Shown here piece after piece: positions 45,278 through 54,353 of a stretch of DNA of 64,000 nucleotides (its first letter is position 1; the number at the start of each line of letters is the position of its first letter). A model generated the notes under the pieces. The model saw only the letters and a list, made by a program, of their open reading frames with translations. It made no database searches and was not told where the DNA came from. Both the position numbers and the translations under genes were made by a program. Origin of the DNA: Candidatus Peregrinibacteria bacterium (GTDB taxonomy: Bacteria > Patescibacteriota > Gracilibacteria > Peribacterales > Peribacteraceae); NCBI GenBank assembly GCA_018648865.1, contig JABGQH010000004.1, positions 72,961-136,960 on the forward strand. The letters run 5' to 3'.

Positions 45278-45303
45278 GAACCTCAAGGTTAACCTCGAGG
45301 TTC
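45278..45303. terminator. 26-nt near-perfect palindrome (GAACCTCAAGGTT|AACCTCGAGGTTC)
   Basis: Read directly, with one mismatched pair. It lies just beyond heptamer array copy 2, on the downstream side for minus-strand transcription. Confidence 0.45.
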
Positions 45304-45328
45304 AAATAGTAAACTAATTTGAATTTAT

Positions 45329-45360
45329 GCTTAAAGCTTAAGTCTTATAGCTTAAAGCTA
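45329..45360 (-). repeat. Heptamer array copy 2 (GCT TAAAGCT TAAGTCT TATAGCT TAAAGCT A)
   Basis: Read directly. It abuts the duplicated dcd 3'-end fragment, and the fragment's TAG stop is part of the array end. Confidence 0.85.
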
Positions 45361-45386
45361 TTTAAACTCTGGATCTAAGCTTAATC
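45359..45386 (-). pseudogene. Duplicated fragment of the dcd 3' end (encodes ...SLDPEFK*)
   Basis: 25 of 28 nt are identical to 46823-46850, the real dcd 3' end (LSLDPEFK*). In the same frame it reads S L D P E F K stop. Confidence 0.7.
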
Positions 45387-45395
45387 ATTACTACG

Positions 45396-46379
45396 CTATG
45401 ACTCGATTTTCAAATTGCCTGTTCCATCAAATTTTAACCTCTGATCTAAGCCAGCATTAGATATTTCATCATTTATCCACTGTTCAAATAATTCCCTCTG
45501 TTGTGGATTCATCTGTGAAAATACATTTTGTGCCTTGTCGATTGCTAAATCATATTTAACTGAATCAACATTGTCGTTTCTTAAAGCAGAAACTAAATCA
45601 TCTGCTATTTTACGAGAATGATATCCATCTTCAAATTGATCAATTATAGCATCATCATTTGCATCAAATTCTTCATCCTTATATGTGTCTGTATATGTCC
45701 CCTTCTTTTCATCTAATTTAATATCTACTTCATCAAAAGTTTGATTTAAATTGATTTGCATTGGCTTAGTATCTGTAGACAACCTATTTGCTTCATTGAT
45801 ATTATTATTTACTAGTGTTTTAATTTGCCTATAACGATCATCTGATGGATCAATCTGTGACAATTCATCAATTAATGATATACCTTGTCTATCCATATTA
45901 GATAAACGATGTAGACAGTCATTTAATACACGAGATTGCATTTCCATGTCTCTACTCATTTGTGCATGAACATCTGAAAGACGATCATCTAATAAATCAA
46001 CATGCTTGCTAACTGACGCTTCAGCCCAAGACTGTAACCTGCTCTGAAGCGCATCTTTTGATTCGAGTGTGTATTGTATATTTTTTGAAAAAACATCAAT
46101 ATTTTTAGATTGAATTTCCCTATTTCTTTTGTCTCGTTCTGTTAATCCATTTGCATTTTCAGAAGACGCTTCATCTTGCACTTGTTCTGTATCCGCATTC
46201 TCACTTTGTATTGATTCCTCGGTTGGTGGTAGATCAATATCTGGACCTAAATTTTCATTAGAATCTTCTTTTGGAATTTCTTTTTCTACCTCCTCTGGAG
46301 CAGAGGAATGCTCAAAGCCCTCAAAATGTATTAATCTTTGTTCAGAGAAAAGCCGAAGATATTTATTTAAATGATTCAT
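45396..46379 (-). CDS. Hypothetical acidic, helical protein (cassette gene 2)
   Basis: 327-aa ORF with a 4-nt overlap with the upstream ORF. No recognised motifs. Confidence 0.5.
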   Translation of the reverse strand: MNHLNKYLRLFSEQRLIHFEGFEHSSAPEEVEKEIPKEDSNENLGPDIDLPPTEESIQSENADTEQVQDEASSENANGLTERDKRNREIQSKNIDVFSKNIQYTLESKDALQSRLQSWAEASVSKHVDLLDDRLSDVHAQMSRDMEMQSRVLNDCLHRLSNMDRQGISLIDELSQIDPSDDRYRQIKTLVNNNINEANRLSTDTKPMQINLNQTFDEVDIKLDEKKGTYTDTYKDEEFDANDDAIIDQFEDGYHSRKIADDLVSALRNDNVDSVKYDLAIDKAQNVFSQMNPQQRELFEQWINDEISNAGLDQRLKFDGTGNLKIES

Positions 46380-46711
46380 TTTATTTTTTTAATATGTGTT
46401 TCTATTTGATTGCAGTCTTCGTCATCTTGGCCTTTTGAAAGATTTTCTAATGCTCCAATAACGAATGAATGTAATTCATGAGCTTTGTCATCTAGCTCAA
46501 GTGTCTTTACTTTTAGCATCTCATTAAATTTTTGAAATGCTTCATAATATCTCATCCCTCGCTCTTTTAAGCTTTTAGGAGATTCATCTTTATACTTCTC
46601 TTTTAATTTTGGCAATTCACCTAAAACAAGATCTGGTTCAATGTCGACCATGATCGAATCATAAAATTCATTTGCCCCTTTTGGGATTTGAAGTAGTGGT
46701 AGTTTTGTCAT
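46376..46711 (-). CDS. Hypothetical protein (cassette gene 1)
   Basis: Start moved to ATG 46711 (MTKLPLL), because the longer ORF would overlap the predicted -10 box. Confidence 0.5.
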   Translation of the reverse strand: MTKLPLLQIPKGANEFYDSIMVDIEPDLVLGELPKLKEKYKDESPKSLKERGMRYYEAFQKFNEMLKVKTLELDDKAHELHSFVIGALENLSKGQDDEDCNQIETHIKKIK

Positions 46712-46729
46712 GTTTGTTTTTGTATTAAT

Positions 46730-46758
46730 ATTATACATTAAAATAAGTATTTATTCAA
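46730..46758 (-). promoter_or_regulatory. Near-consensus sigma-70 promoter inside the cassette
   Basis: On the minus strand: TTGAAT - 17 nt - TATAAT, with TG immediately upstream of the -10. The -10 ends 18 nt before the ATG at 46711. Confidence 0.55.
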
Positions 46759-46792
46759 TATTCTTCACTGTTTCACTGTTTTACTGCTTCAC

Positions 46793-46806
46793 CCCGCGTT
46801 CGCGGG
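46793..46806 (-). terminator. GC-rich hairpin (CCCGC-GTTC-GCGGG) flanked by CACTGTTT-type octamer repeats, just downstream of dcd
   Basis: Read directly. No U-run follows, so terminator function is uncertain. Confidence 0.3.
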
Positions 46807-46821
46807 ACTTCGCTGTTTTAC

Positions 46822-47400
46822 TTATTTAAATTCTGGATCTAAACTCAATCTACTCTCCTCTGGCAAAACCTGATTCTGATATTTGCTGTTTGGCTTAGCA
46901 TTGTATGGAGTTTGTGCTGCACTAGTCATAACCTCGAATGCTAACTGGCAAACACGCATCCCTGCATACAGAGCAACTGGCAAACGATTCAAATTACTGA
47001 TTTCTAATGTGATTGTTCCACTAAAGCCAGGATCTACAAAACCAGCAGTGGAATGAATGATTATTCCGAGCCTACCAAGTGAACTACGACCCTCTACCCT
47101 AGCGACTAGATCATCTGGCAATGTAATAGTTTCTTGAGTCACACCTAATACAAACTCACCTGGCTGTACTATAAATGGCTCACCATCAGAGATTTCTATG
47201 GACCGCATATTATCCTTGAACGATTCTGGCTGTTTTGGGTCTAAGATAGCGAATTTACTATGCTCATATAGCTTAAAATGGTTACCAAGACGTAAATCCA
47301 TGCTACTTGCATGTATGTGATTTGGGGTTTCGGAGTCTGAAGTAACTTTAATCCTTTCAGAGTCTATTGCTTCCCGAATATCTTTGTCTGACAGAATCAT
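46822..47400 (-). CDS. dcd: dCTP deaminase
   Basis: MILSDKDI at the N-terminus, then EGRSSLGRLGI and VCQL, typical of Dcd. 192 aa. Confidence 0.9.
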   Translation of the reverse strand: MILSDKDIREAIDSERIKVTSDSETPNHIHASSMDLRLGNHFKLYEHSKFAILDPKQPESFKDNMRSIEISDGEPFIVQPGEFVLGVTQETITLPDDLVARVEGRSSLGRLGIIIHSTAGFVDPGFSGTITLEISNLNRLPVALYAGMRVCQLAFEVMTSAAQTPYNAKPNSKYQNQVLPEESRLSLDPEFK

Positions 47401-47481
47401 ACAAAGACGAGGTTAACACAGAACAGAAAAAGACAAGAAGAAAATACTAAGAAGAGTACTTTTTAAGTATAATTTATTTAC

Positions 47482-49248
47482 ATGAACTCTGTTCAAGCTC
47501 TCACAGGAAATACGGTTGAGACTAATCTGGATACAGATGAAGATGCAAATCAAACACAGCAAAGCGAAAAAGATTTACACAATGAATGTCATGGAATTCA
47601 AATGCAGATTTTAGGGTTGTTATCCGAGGGTGTAAGTCAGCATTATTTAACAGACAAAGATCGATTAGACTATATGGGTGCGATCTCTTTAGAAAAGCTA
47701 GAAGAAGGGGGTGCAGTTAGCTGGGAGCAAAAGAAAAGATGGCTAGAAGATAATATGAGGAGTTATGTTCCACATTTTCTATCCGAAGCAAGGCACATGA
47801 CAGATGAGTTCATGGGGGAAATCAGTAAGGCAAAGAAACAAAAATGGATATCTAGTTCTAGTGCAGAAAGATGGAGAGATAGACTCTTTCAAAGATCTAC
47901 AAACTGGGCAGAAACAAAGTCATTTCTGATTCAATTTAAAAAAGGGTATATGGAAAATTGGAAGAAATTATCAGAAAAAAGAAAGACCATAGAAGGAAAG
48001 AAAAAAGAACTAAAAGTAACAGCAAAAGAAGTTCCCGAACTTAAATTGCTAGAAAAATCTGGTTTTGATGAGCTACACTTCTTTGAAAAAATGAGAATTG
48101 CAAGTGAGGCACTGGTTGCACTTAATATGTACAAAGAAACTAGTGAACATAAAAAGAAACTGTATGAACAGGCAAAGAAAATGATGAATGGGGCAATAAA
48201 AAGTCGGTTTATTAGGCAAGATAGAGCCATGAAATGGATTGAGGATTTATTCAGTTCTAAGCTCCCTGCAGAAAAGATTGAACAAAATATAAACGGGAAA
48301 ATGACAAATTACATAGGCGAGTGGACAAAGGTTAAATACAGATACGATCGTATTTTAAGAAGAATGGAAAAAGGTGTTCCACCAGGAACAGAAAAATTGA
48401 ATGAACAACAATTCTTAAATCTACTCTACAAAGAAAAAATGAGTTATGTAGAAGAAGCTGAACACGCACTCAATTTGATCGATACAGGATTTAGCTCCAG
48501 GGAGATCGATGGAATGAAACTGGAAATTCGAAGCTTGATGGCTCAAAAAGATTGGGAAGGGGCAAAAGAAGTACTTAAATCCGCTAAAGCAATTGCGCAA
48601 GGAGAAGATATATATGAACTAGATTCTATGGATAGATTTATAAAACAATTTTCTTCTGTAGAAGAGAAAGAAACAGCAAATGAATCAGCTGCAAATATAA
48701 ACGAAGACATCCGTAGAGAATTAGGCAACGTACCTGCAAGTATACAAAAACTATATATTCAAGCGTTGCAGTATGGGCCACAAGTGTTTGCAAGTTTGTG
48801 CACTCTTGAATACAACAGAACTTGGTGTTGGAACAACGGATACTTAGATGCAGAAAAGGAAGATAATCTATATAACAAATCTTTTAAAGATACCGAAGAA
48901 ATAGTAGAAAATGGACACAAGAAACGTGGTCTTGAAAATATAAATCTAGATATTATCGAGGATAACGAGAAGGATAAAGCAATGCGCCCTTACGAAAACA
49001 CATGGGCACCAACAATCATCCATATGGATGCAAGTGATGGAGGATCATGTAATCGACTTCTAAATGAGTTGAAAGGGAAAGAAAGAGCCAGAGACTATTG
49101 GACATCCTTAATTGTAAAAAACATAACATACGAAAAACAAAGAGAATTAACCCTAGGCACAAATAGAAAAATGAAAAGCAGTATCAGAAAACTACATGCG
49201 AAAGGATTTGGATTTAGTTTGATAGGAGACCCAATCTCATTGAATTAA
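47482..49248 (+). CDS. Hypothetical large helical protein (ORFan)
   Basis: 588-aa ORF, Lys/Glu-rich, with no motif recognised. Confidence 0.5.
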   Translation: MNSVQALTGNTVETNLDTDEDANQTQQSEKDLHNECHGIQMQILGLLSEGVSQHYLTDKDRLDYMGAISLEKLEEGGAVSWEQKKRWLEDNMRSYVPHFLSEARHMTDEFMGEISKAKKQKWISSSSAERWRDRLFQRSTNWAETKSFLIQFKKGYMENWKKLSEKRKTIEGKKKELKVTAKEVPELKLLEKSGFDELHFFEKMRIASEALVALNMYKETSEHKKKLYEQAKKMMNGAIKSRFIRQDRAMKWIEDLFSSKLPAEKIEQNINGKMTNYIGEWTKVKYRYDRILRRMEKGVPPGTEKLNEQQFLNLLYKEKMSYVEEAEHALNLIDTGFSSREIDGMKLEIRSLMAQKDWEGAKEVLKSAKAIAQGEDIYELDSMDRFIKQFSSVEEKETANESAANINEDIRRELGNVPASIQKLYIQALQYGPQVFASLCTLEYNRTWCWNNGYLDAEKEDNLYNKSFKDTEEIVENGHKKRGLENINLDIIEDNEKDKAMRPYENTWAPTIIHMDASDGGSCNRLLNELKGKERARDYWTSLIVKNITYEKQRELTLGTNRKMKSSIRKLHAKGFGFSLIGDPISLN

Positions 49249-49300
49249 AAATGTCATATTTATACTTTTAATGTGCATACACAAAAGTACAATATATCAC

Positions 49301-49879
49301 ATGAATAAACTCACACTATTAATCCCAATTATCGCACTCGCAGGCTGTGCCAATTCACAAACTGATTCTATCAGTTTAGATAAATTGCTAGAAAATCCTC
49401 TATTCGCAGAAAGATACGCAGACGAAAAAGTAGATGCAATTGTAGAATTTAAAATTCAAAAAGACCCAATTATAGAAGACTCAAGCAAAGAAAAAATAAT
49501 GGAGAAAGAAAGAAAGGAATGGCTAGCAGTAGCCAAAGACGCAACTGCTAAGCAAAGAGCAGGGACGAGAGGAAATCTGATAGAAATAACTGAATATGCA
49601 AACGGAGAAGCATTGTATTTGGAAGATAAATTATATTTTGGACCTGAGCTTGAAACAATTCCATCCGTAGAATTGCACGTTTATCTAACAACTGTTGTTG
49701 ACCCAAGAGACATTGAATTCCCAGATGAGCAAGCTCTAGATCTAGGAGAACTACAAACCCCTTATGGAGCTCAAGTTTATAATGTTCCTCATCAAGAAGA
49801 TCCACTGCTGTACAGAACAGTAGTTATTTGGGATGAAAAACTAGAAAAAATATGGAGCTTCGCCCAATTAAGTAAATAA
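49301..49879 (+). CDS. Lipoprotein, DM13-domain-like
   Basis: Lipobox IALAGC. The C-terminal region (ALYLEDKLYFGPELETIPSVELHVYLT) resembles the DM13 pattern. Confidence 0.45.
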   Translation: MNKLTLLIPIIALAGCANSQTDSISLDKLLENPLFAERYADEKVDAIVEFKIQKDPIIEDSSKEKIMEKERKEWLAVAKDATAKQRAGTRGNLIEITEYANGEALYLEDKLYFGPELETIPSVELHVYLTTVVDPRDIEFPDEQALDLGELQTPYGAQVYNVPHQEDPLLYRTVVIWDEKLEKIWSFAQLSK

Positions 49880-49884
49880 GGAAT

Positions 49885-50469
49885 CTATAAATTCTGAGTT
49901 AATCGTTCAAGCTCTGCATCAATTGCATCGCCTAATGTATCAAACCCTGTTTGAACTTGTTTTCCATTTACGTAAAACGTAGGAGTGCCACGCACATTTA
50001 GATCACGACCTTCTTGATAGTCTGATAATACAATATCCTTTTTACCCCCAGACTTAAGACAACTTTTATATAAATCCATATCTAGATTTAAAGACTCGCC
50101 CCATTCAATTAAAGCACTGCTGTTTAATGATTCTTGATTCTCGTATGCGATGTCTATAAATTCCCAAAACTTTCCTTGGTCTGCGGCACATTCACTTGCC
50201 TCTGATGCCTCTAATGCAAATCTATGAATAGACATAAGAGGAAAATGCTTAAAGTTAAGTGCAATATCATTTCCATATTTATCTATAATAGGCTTAACAA
50301 CACGGAAATGTATAGATTTACAAGCAGGACACTGAATGTCTGAAAACTCAGATAATACAACAGCAGCATTAGGATTTCCTTTTGGCCCCCTACTGGACTG
50401 GGGAGTAGGACCTCCATCACATGAAACCAGAAATAGAACCGATAATATTAGAGCAAGTTGATATCGCAT
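49885..50469 (-). CDS. DsbA-family thiol:disulfide oxidoreductase lipoprotein
   Basis: Lipobox FLVSC, thioredoxin-fold CPAC active site, and C-terminal GTPTFYVNG. Confidence 0.75.
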   Translation of the reverse strand: MRYQLALILSVLFLVSCDGGPTPQSSRGPKGNPNAAVVLSEFSDIQCPACKSIHFRVVKPIIDKYGNDIALNFKHFPLMSIHRFALEASEASECAADQGKFWEFIDIAYENQESLNSSALIEWGESLNLDMDLYKSCLKSGGKKDIVLSDYQEGRDLNVRGTPTFYVNGKQVQTGFDTLGDAIDAELERLTQNL

Positions 50470-50594
50470 AGTGTAGCTATGTTCTCATGAATACATAAAA
50501 ATCGCAATTACTGGGAAAGGAATAAGATTAATAATTCTTATGTTAATCTGAGTTCCCCGAAGTAAAAAAAGAGGGTACAATTCTTTTCCAAACT

Positions 50595-52106
50595 ATGTCT
50601 CTATACCGAACATATCGGCCGTTATCATTTGCAGACGTTGTGGGGCAAGATCACATAGTAACTACATTAGAACAAGCTTCAGCACAAAATAAATTATCAC
50701 ATGCTTATTTATTTGCTGGAAGCAGAGGGACAGGCAAAACATCTGTTGCGCGCATACTTGCAAAAGCACTTATGACGAAGGAGATTGAAGATCAAGTAAT
50801 GCAAAAACAAATTATTAAGAATATTGAAGAAGGAAACATTGTTGATCTATTAGAGATAGATGCAGCAAGTAATCGTGGGATTGATGATATTCGCGATTTA
50901 ATCGAGAAAATTCAATTTTCACCTGTGGTAGCAAGTGCAAAGGTATACATAATTGATGAAGCTCACATGCTTACAAAAGAAGCATTTAATGCATTGCTAA
51001 AAACATTAGAAGAACCACCTGAATACGCATATTTTATTCTAGCTACGACTGAGCTAAACAAAATTCCAGTAACCATACAATCTAGGTGCCAGAGCTTTCC
51101 TTTTAGGAGGATAAGAGAAGAAGATATAATTAGAAGGCTACAATATATTGCAGATCAAGAACGAATAACCATAGAACGAGAAGCCCTGAGAGCTATCGCT
51201 AATCATGTAGATGGAGGATTGCGTGATGCAATTTCATTGCTAGATCAAATGAGATCCCTAGAAACAATAACACTAGAAGACATTGAAAATCGTGTAGGTA
51301 GTACAGGAATGCAATATGTTGAGGATGTATTGTCTGCTCTTTCTGAAAATGACAGTGAAAGCATTTTAAAGATTGTTAAAAGTATAGAAGAAACAGGGGT
51401 TCCTTTAGACGTTTTCCTAAGACAACTTCTAAAAATAATGAGAACAAAATTGCGAGAATCTGTAGAAAAGAAAGAATCTACAGACAACATAATTATTATT
51501 TTAGATACGCTGCTAGATGCTATTCGTAATTTGCGATTTTCACCAGTTCCAGGACTGGTATTAGAATCCGCTCTTCTGTCTATGTGTAATAGCAATAATG
51601 AAAAGAGTAATCGCGGAGATGTATTTAAAACGGCAGAAAAAGAAGAGAGTAAAAAAGAAAAGAAAGAAAAAGAACAAGAACCTAAAAAAGAGATAAAGAG
51701 TACTGAGAAAGAGGAAAAGAAAGAGGGAGAAGATAATCAGGAAAAAGAGGGAAAAGAGGAAATATCAGAAGCTCTAGTAGAAGCTCCTGAACTTAGTATT
51801 GAATCTATCAAGGAGCACTGGGAAGAGATTGTTAAACAGGCATCACCAGCATCCGTGAAGATGTCTTTAAAGAACGGGCGTGTAACTAAAATAGAAGATG
51901 GTAATATTTCTATTTCATTCTCCTCTGCATTCCACAAAGACACAGTATCTAAAACAGAGGCAAGCATATGCGTAGAAAAGGCTATAGAGAATGTATTTAA
52001 GCAAAATATTAGAATCAAATGTGTCTTAGAAAGTGATGAAAGCGTAGCAAATACTAAAACAAGTGAATCTGTAAATATGGCAGAAGCAGCAGCAGAAATA
52101 TTCTAA
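50595..52106 (+). CDS. dnaX: DNA polymerase III subunit gamma/tau
   Basis: YRPLSFADVVGQDHIV, GSRGTGKTSVARILAKAL, IIDEAHML and SRCQSF. Confidence 0.9.
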   Translation: MSLYRTYRPLSFADVVGQDHIVTTLEQASAQNKLSHAYLFAGSRGTGKTSVARILAKALMTKEIEDQVMQKQIIKNIEEGNIVDLLEIDAASNRGIDDIRDLIEKIQFSPVVASAKVYIIDEAHMLTKEAFNALLKTLEEPPEYAYFILATTELNKIPVTIQSRCQSFPFRRIREEDIIRRLQYIADQERITIEREALRAIANHVDGGLRDAISLLDQMRSLETITLEDIENRVGSTGMQYVEDVLSALSENDSESILKIVKSIEETGVPLDVFLRQLLKIMRTKLRESVEKKESTDNIIIILDTLLDAIRNLRFSPVPGLVLESALLSMCNSNNEKSNRGDVFKTAEKEESKKEKKEKEQEPKKEIKSTEKEEKKEGEDNQEKEGKEEISEALVEAPELSIESIKEHWEEIVKQASPASVKMSLKNGRVTKIEDGNISISFSSAFHKDTVSKTEASICVEKAIENVFKQNIRIKCVLESDESVANTKTSESVNMAEAAAEIF

Positions 52107-52124
52107 TTCTCATTTCTATTAATC

Positions 52125-52721
52125 ATGAAAGCGCTAGAAGATAAGAGGCAAATAAGAGAAGAAGTTGAAAAGAATCTGCGCGAAAAAGACCCAGAAGAAA
52201 TTAAGCATGAGAATGAAAGAATCTGCCGAATTATTCTAGAAAACATAAGAGAAGATGTTCGAATTGTTTGTGCTTACGTCGCCTTAGAAACAGAGGCAGA
52301 TTTAACAACTGTTATAGATGTATTAAAAAAGAGAGGGGTTAAAGTTTTCTTACCTTGTAGCAACGATAGTGGCAATGGAATGACATTTAGAGAATTTGAT
52401 AATTGGGAAGAGTTAAAAAGTGGAAAATTTGGAACAAAAGAACCCAAAGAAGATTCACCAACTCTTAAGCAAGGAGAAGCAGATATAGTACTAATCCCCG
52501 GCAGAGCATTCGATATAAATGGGGATAGAGTAGGCCGAGGAGGTGGCTCTTATGATACTTGGATAGAATCTGAAAGATCTTTAGATGAATCCAATAGCGA
52601 ATATTGGGGAGTAGCACTAACTGATCAAGTTGTAGAATACATACCAGTAGAAGATCACGACCAGAAAATGGACGCGGTAATTACCCCTGATGAAATAGTA
52701 GTTACTAAAAAAGATGCATAG
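52125..52721 (+). CDS. 5-formyltetrahydrofolate cyclo-ligase
   Basis: IVLIPGRAFDINGDRVGRGGGSYD is the family motif. Confidence 0.85.
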   Translation: MKALEDKRQIREEVEKNLREKDPEEIKHENERICRIILENIREDVRIVCAYVALETEADLTTVIDVLKKRGVKVFLPCSNDSGNGMTFREFDNWEELKSGKFGTKEPKEDSPTLKQGEADIVLIPGRAFDINGDRVGRGGGSYDTWIESERSLDESNSEYWGVALTDQVVEYIPVEDHDQKMDAVITPDEIVVTKKDA

Positions 52722-52775
52722 CAGCATAAATAAGATGTAAGATAAACTTGCTTGCCTCCTACCCACCAAATATAC

Positions 52776-54041
52776 ATGCCAATATATGATAATCTAGAAG
52801 TAGCAGACCCAGATATATATAACGCACTAATGGGAGAAATAAAAAGACAAAAAGAAGGAGTAGAACTAATACCATCTGAGAATTATATATCACCTGCCGT
52901 CATGGAAATTATGGGCAGTGTATTTAATAATAAATATTCAGAAGGTTACCCAGGTAGGCGTTATTATGGAGGGCAGGAATACACAGATTGTGTTGAGTCT
53001 TTAGCTATAGAAAGAGCCACAAAACTATTTAATTGTGAACATGCCAATGTGCAACCTCACGCAGGAGCACCAGCTAACCTAGCACTATACTTTGCACTAC
53101 TGGAGCCCGGTGACACAGTACTTGGAATGGATTTAAGTCATGGAGGACATTTAACACATGGACACCCTGTAACTTACATCACAAAAGTATTCAATTTTGT
53201 AAGATATAAGATGAAAGACGTAGAAACAGGAGAAATTGATTACGATGAAATGAGAGAGGTAGCAATTAGAGAAAGGCCAAAAATTATACTGGCAGGGTTC
53301 TCTGCTTATCCAAGAGAATTGGATTACGCAAAAATGAAGGCTATCGCAGACGAGGTAGGCGCATACACAGTAGCTGATATGGCACATATTGCAGGCATGA
53401 TCGCTGGGAAGGCCCTTAGGAACCCATTCGATGATGGGTTCGATGTTATAACAACTACAACCCACAAAAGCCTAAGAGGACCTAGGGGTGGAATGATTCT
53501 ATGTAAGAATCTAGATCTTGGTAAAAAGATAGATAAATCTGTTTTCCCTGGTTTTCAGGGTGGACCAATCATGCAGATGGTTGCAGCTAAAGCAGTAGCC
53601 TTTAAAGAAGCTCTAAAGCCTGAGTTTAAAGATTATGCAGCTCAAATTATTACGAATGCAAAAAAGATGGCAGATGTATTTATGGATAATGGAGCAAAGC
53701 TAGTTACAAATGGAACAGATAATCATCTTATGATGGTTGACTGTGTAACCTCTTGGGGAATAACAGGGCAAGAGACAGAAACACTATTTGATCGCATTGG
53801 TGTAACACTAAATAAAAATATGATTCCAGATGATCCAAGAAAACCAATGGATCCATCTGGTATAAGATTTGGAACACCTGCAATCACAACTCGTGGTATG
53901 AAAGAGGCAGATGTAGAAATGATCGCAAAGTTTATGCTACAAGCAGTAGAAAAAAGAAACGACGATTCTGCAATAGAAAGACTGCATGATGAAGTAATAG
54001 ACTTTTGTCTTAAGTTCCCTGTCCCAGGTATTAATGCTTAA
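52776..54041 (+). CDS. glyA: Serine hydroxymethyltransferase
   Basis: ELIPSENY, YPGRRYYGG, VQPHAGAPAN and TTTTHKSLRGPRGG. Start set at ATG 52776. Confidence 0.95.
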   Translation: MPIYDNLEVADPDIYNALMGEIKRQKEGVELIPSENYISPAVMEIMGSVFNNKYSEGYPGRRYYGGQEYTDCVESLAIERATKLFNCEHANVQPHAGAPANLALYFALLEPGDTVLGMDLSHGGHLTHGHPVTYITKVFNFVRYKMKDVETGEIDYDEMREVAIRERPKIILAGFSAYPRELDYAKMKAIADEVGAYTVADMAHIAGMIAGKALRNPFDDGFDVITTTTHKSLRGPRGGMILCKNLDLGKKIDKSVFPGFQGGPIMQMVAAKAVAFKEALKPEFKDYAAQIITNAKKMADVFMDNGAKLVTNGTDNHLMMVDCVTSWGITGQETETLFDRIGVTLNKNMIPDDPRKPMDPSGIRFGTPAITTRGMKEADVEMIAKFMLQAVEKRNDDSAIERLHDEVIDFCLKFPVPGINA

Positions 54042-54090
54042 AAATGTGATTATTAATAACAATCTGAGACCATGTAAATAGAAGATAGTT

Positions 54091-54124
54091 GCAAAGGAGG
54101 TGTACAAGTGTACACTCCTTTTGC
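54091..54124 (+). terminator. Strong hairpin terminator downstream of glyA
   Basis: GCAAAGGAGGTGTACA-AG-TGTACACTCCTTTTGC forms a stem of about 15 bp with a single-base bulge in each arm and runs into a T-tract. Confidence 0.7.
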
Positions 54125-54353
54125 ATGACCCCTGTAGCAGCAATTCATAGGCAACCAAAGATCGTAGTGGATTGGTCTACAGCAGTAAAAAGCAATGATG
54201 TAGACAACGCAGATCGCCTAATTAACTGGATTAAAACATCTCCTCAAGCAAAAGAAATACATGTTTATTTGGGCTCTACACAACACAGACCAAACGGCAG
54301 ACGATTACAAAACGCACTACTAGCTATGGGATGCATGGTCACAAAGAGGTCCC

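Noticed and set aside
50470-50594. Possible SRP RNA (ffs) gene upstream of dnaX, as in some Firmicutes.
   Set aside because: The 125-nt spacer lacks the conserved domain IV motifs (GGAA / AGCA-type symmetric loop) and is too AT-rich. It contains only a short AT hairpin.
51646-51660. A-rich run (AGT AAA AAA GAA) in dnaX as a possible programmed -1 frameshift site, as in E. coli tau/gamma.
   Set aside because: In the dnaX reading frame the run is read AAA AAA GAA, so the A AAA AAG heptamer is not in the phase required for tandem slippage. I saw no downstream stem-loop.
54200-54330. Possible tmRNA tag-like reading frame (…QNALLA…) in the gap after glyA.
   Set aside because: No stop codon follows the Ala-rich peptide. 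No tRNA-like 3' domain (…GGTTCGAATCC…CCA) and no 5' GGGG acceptor arm is present nearby.
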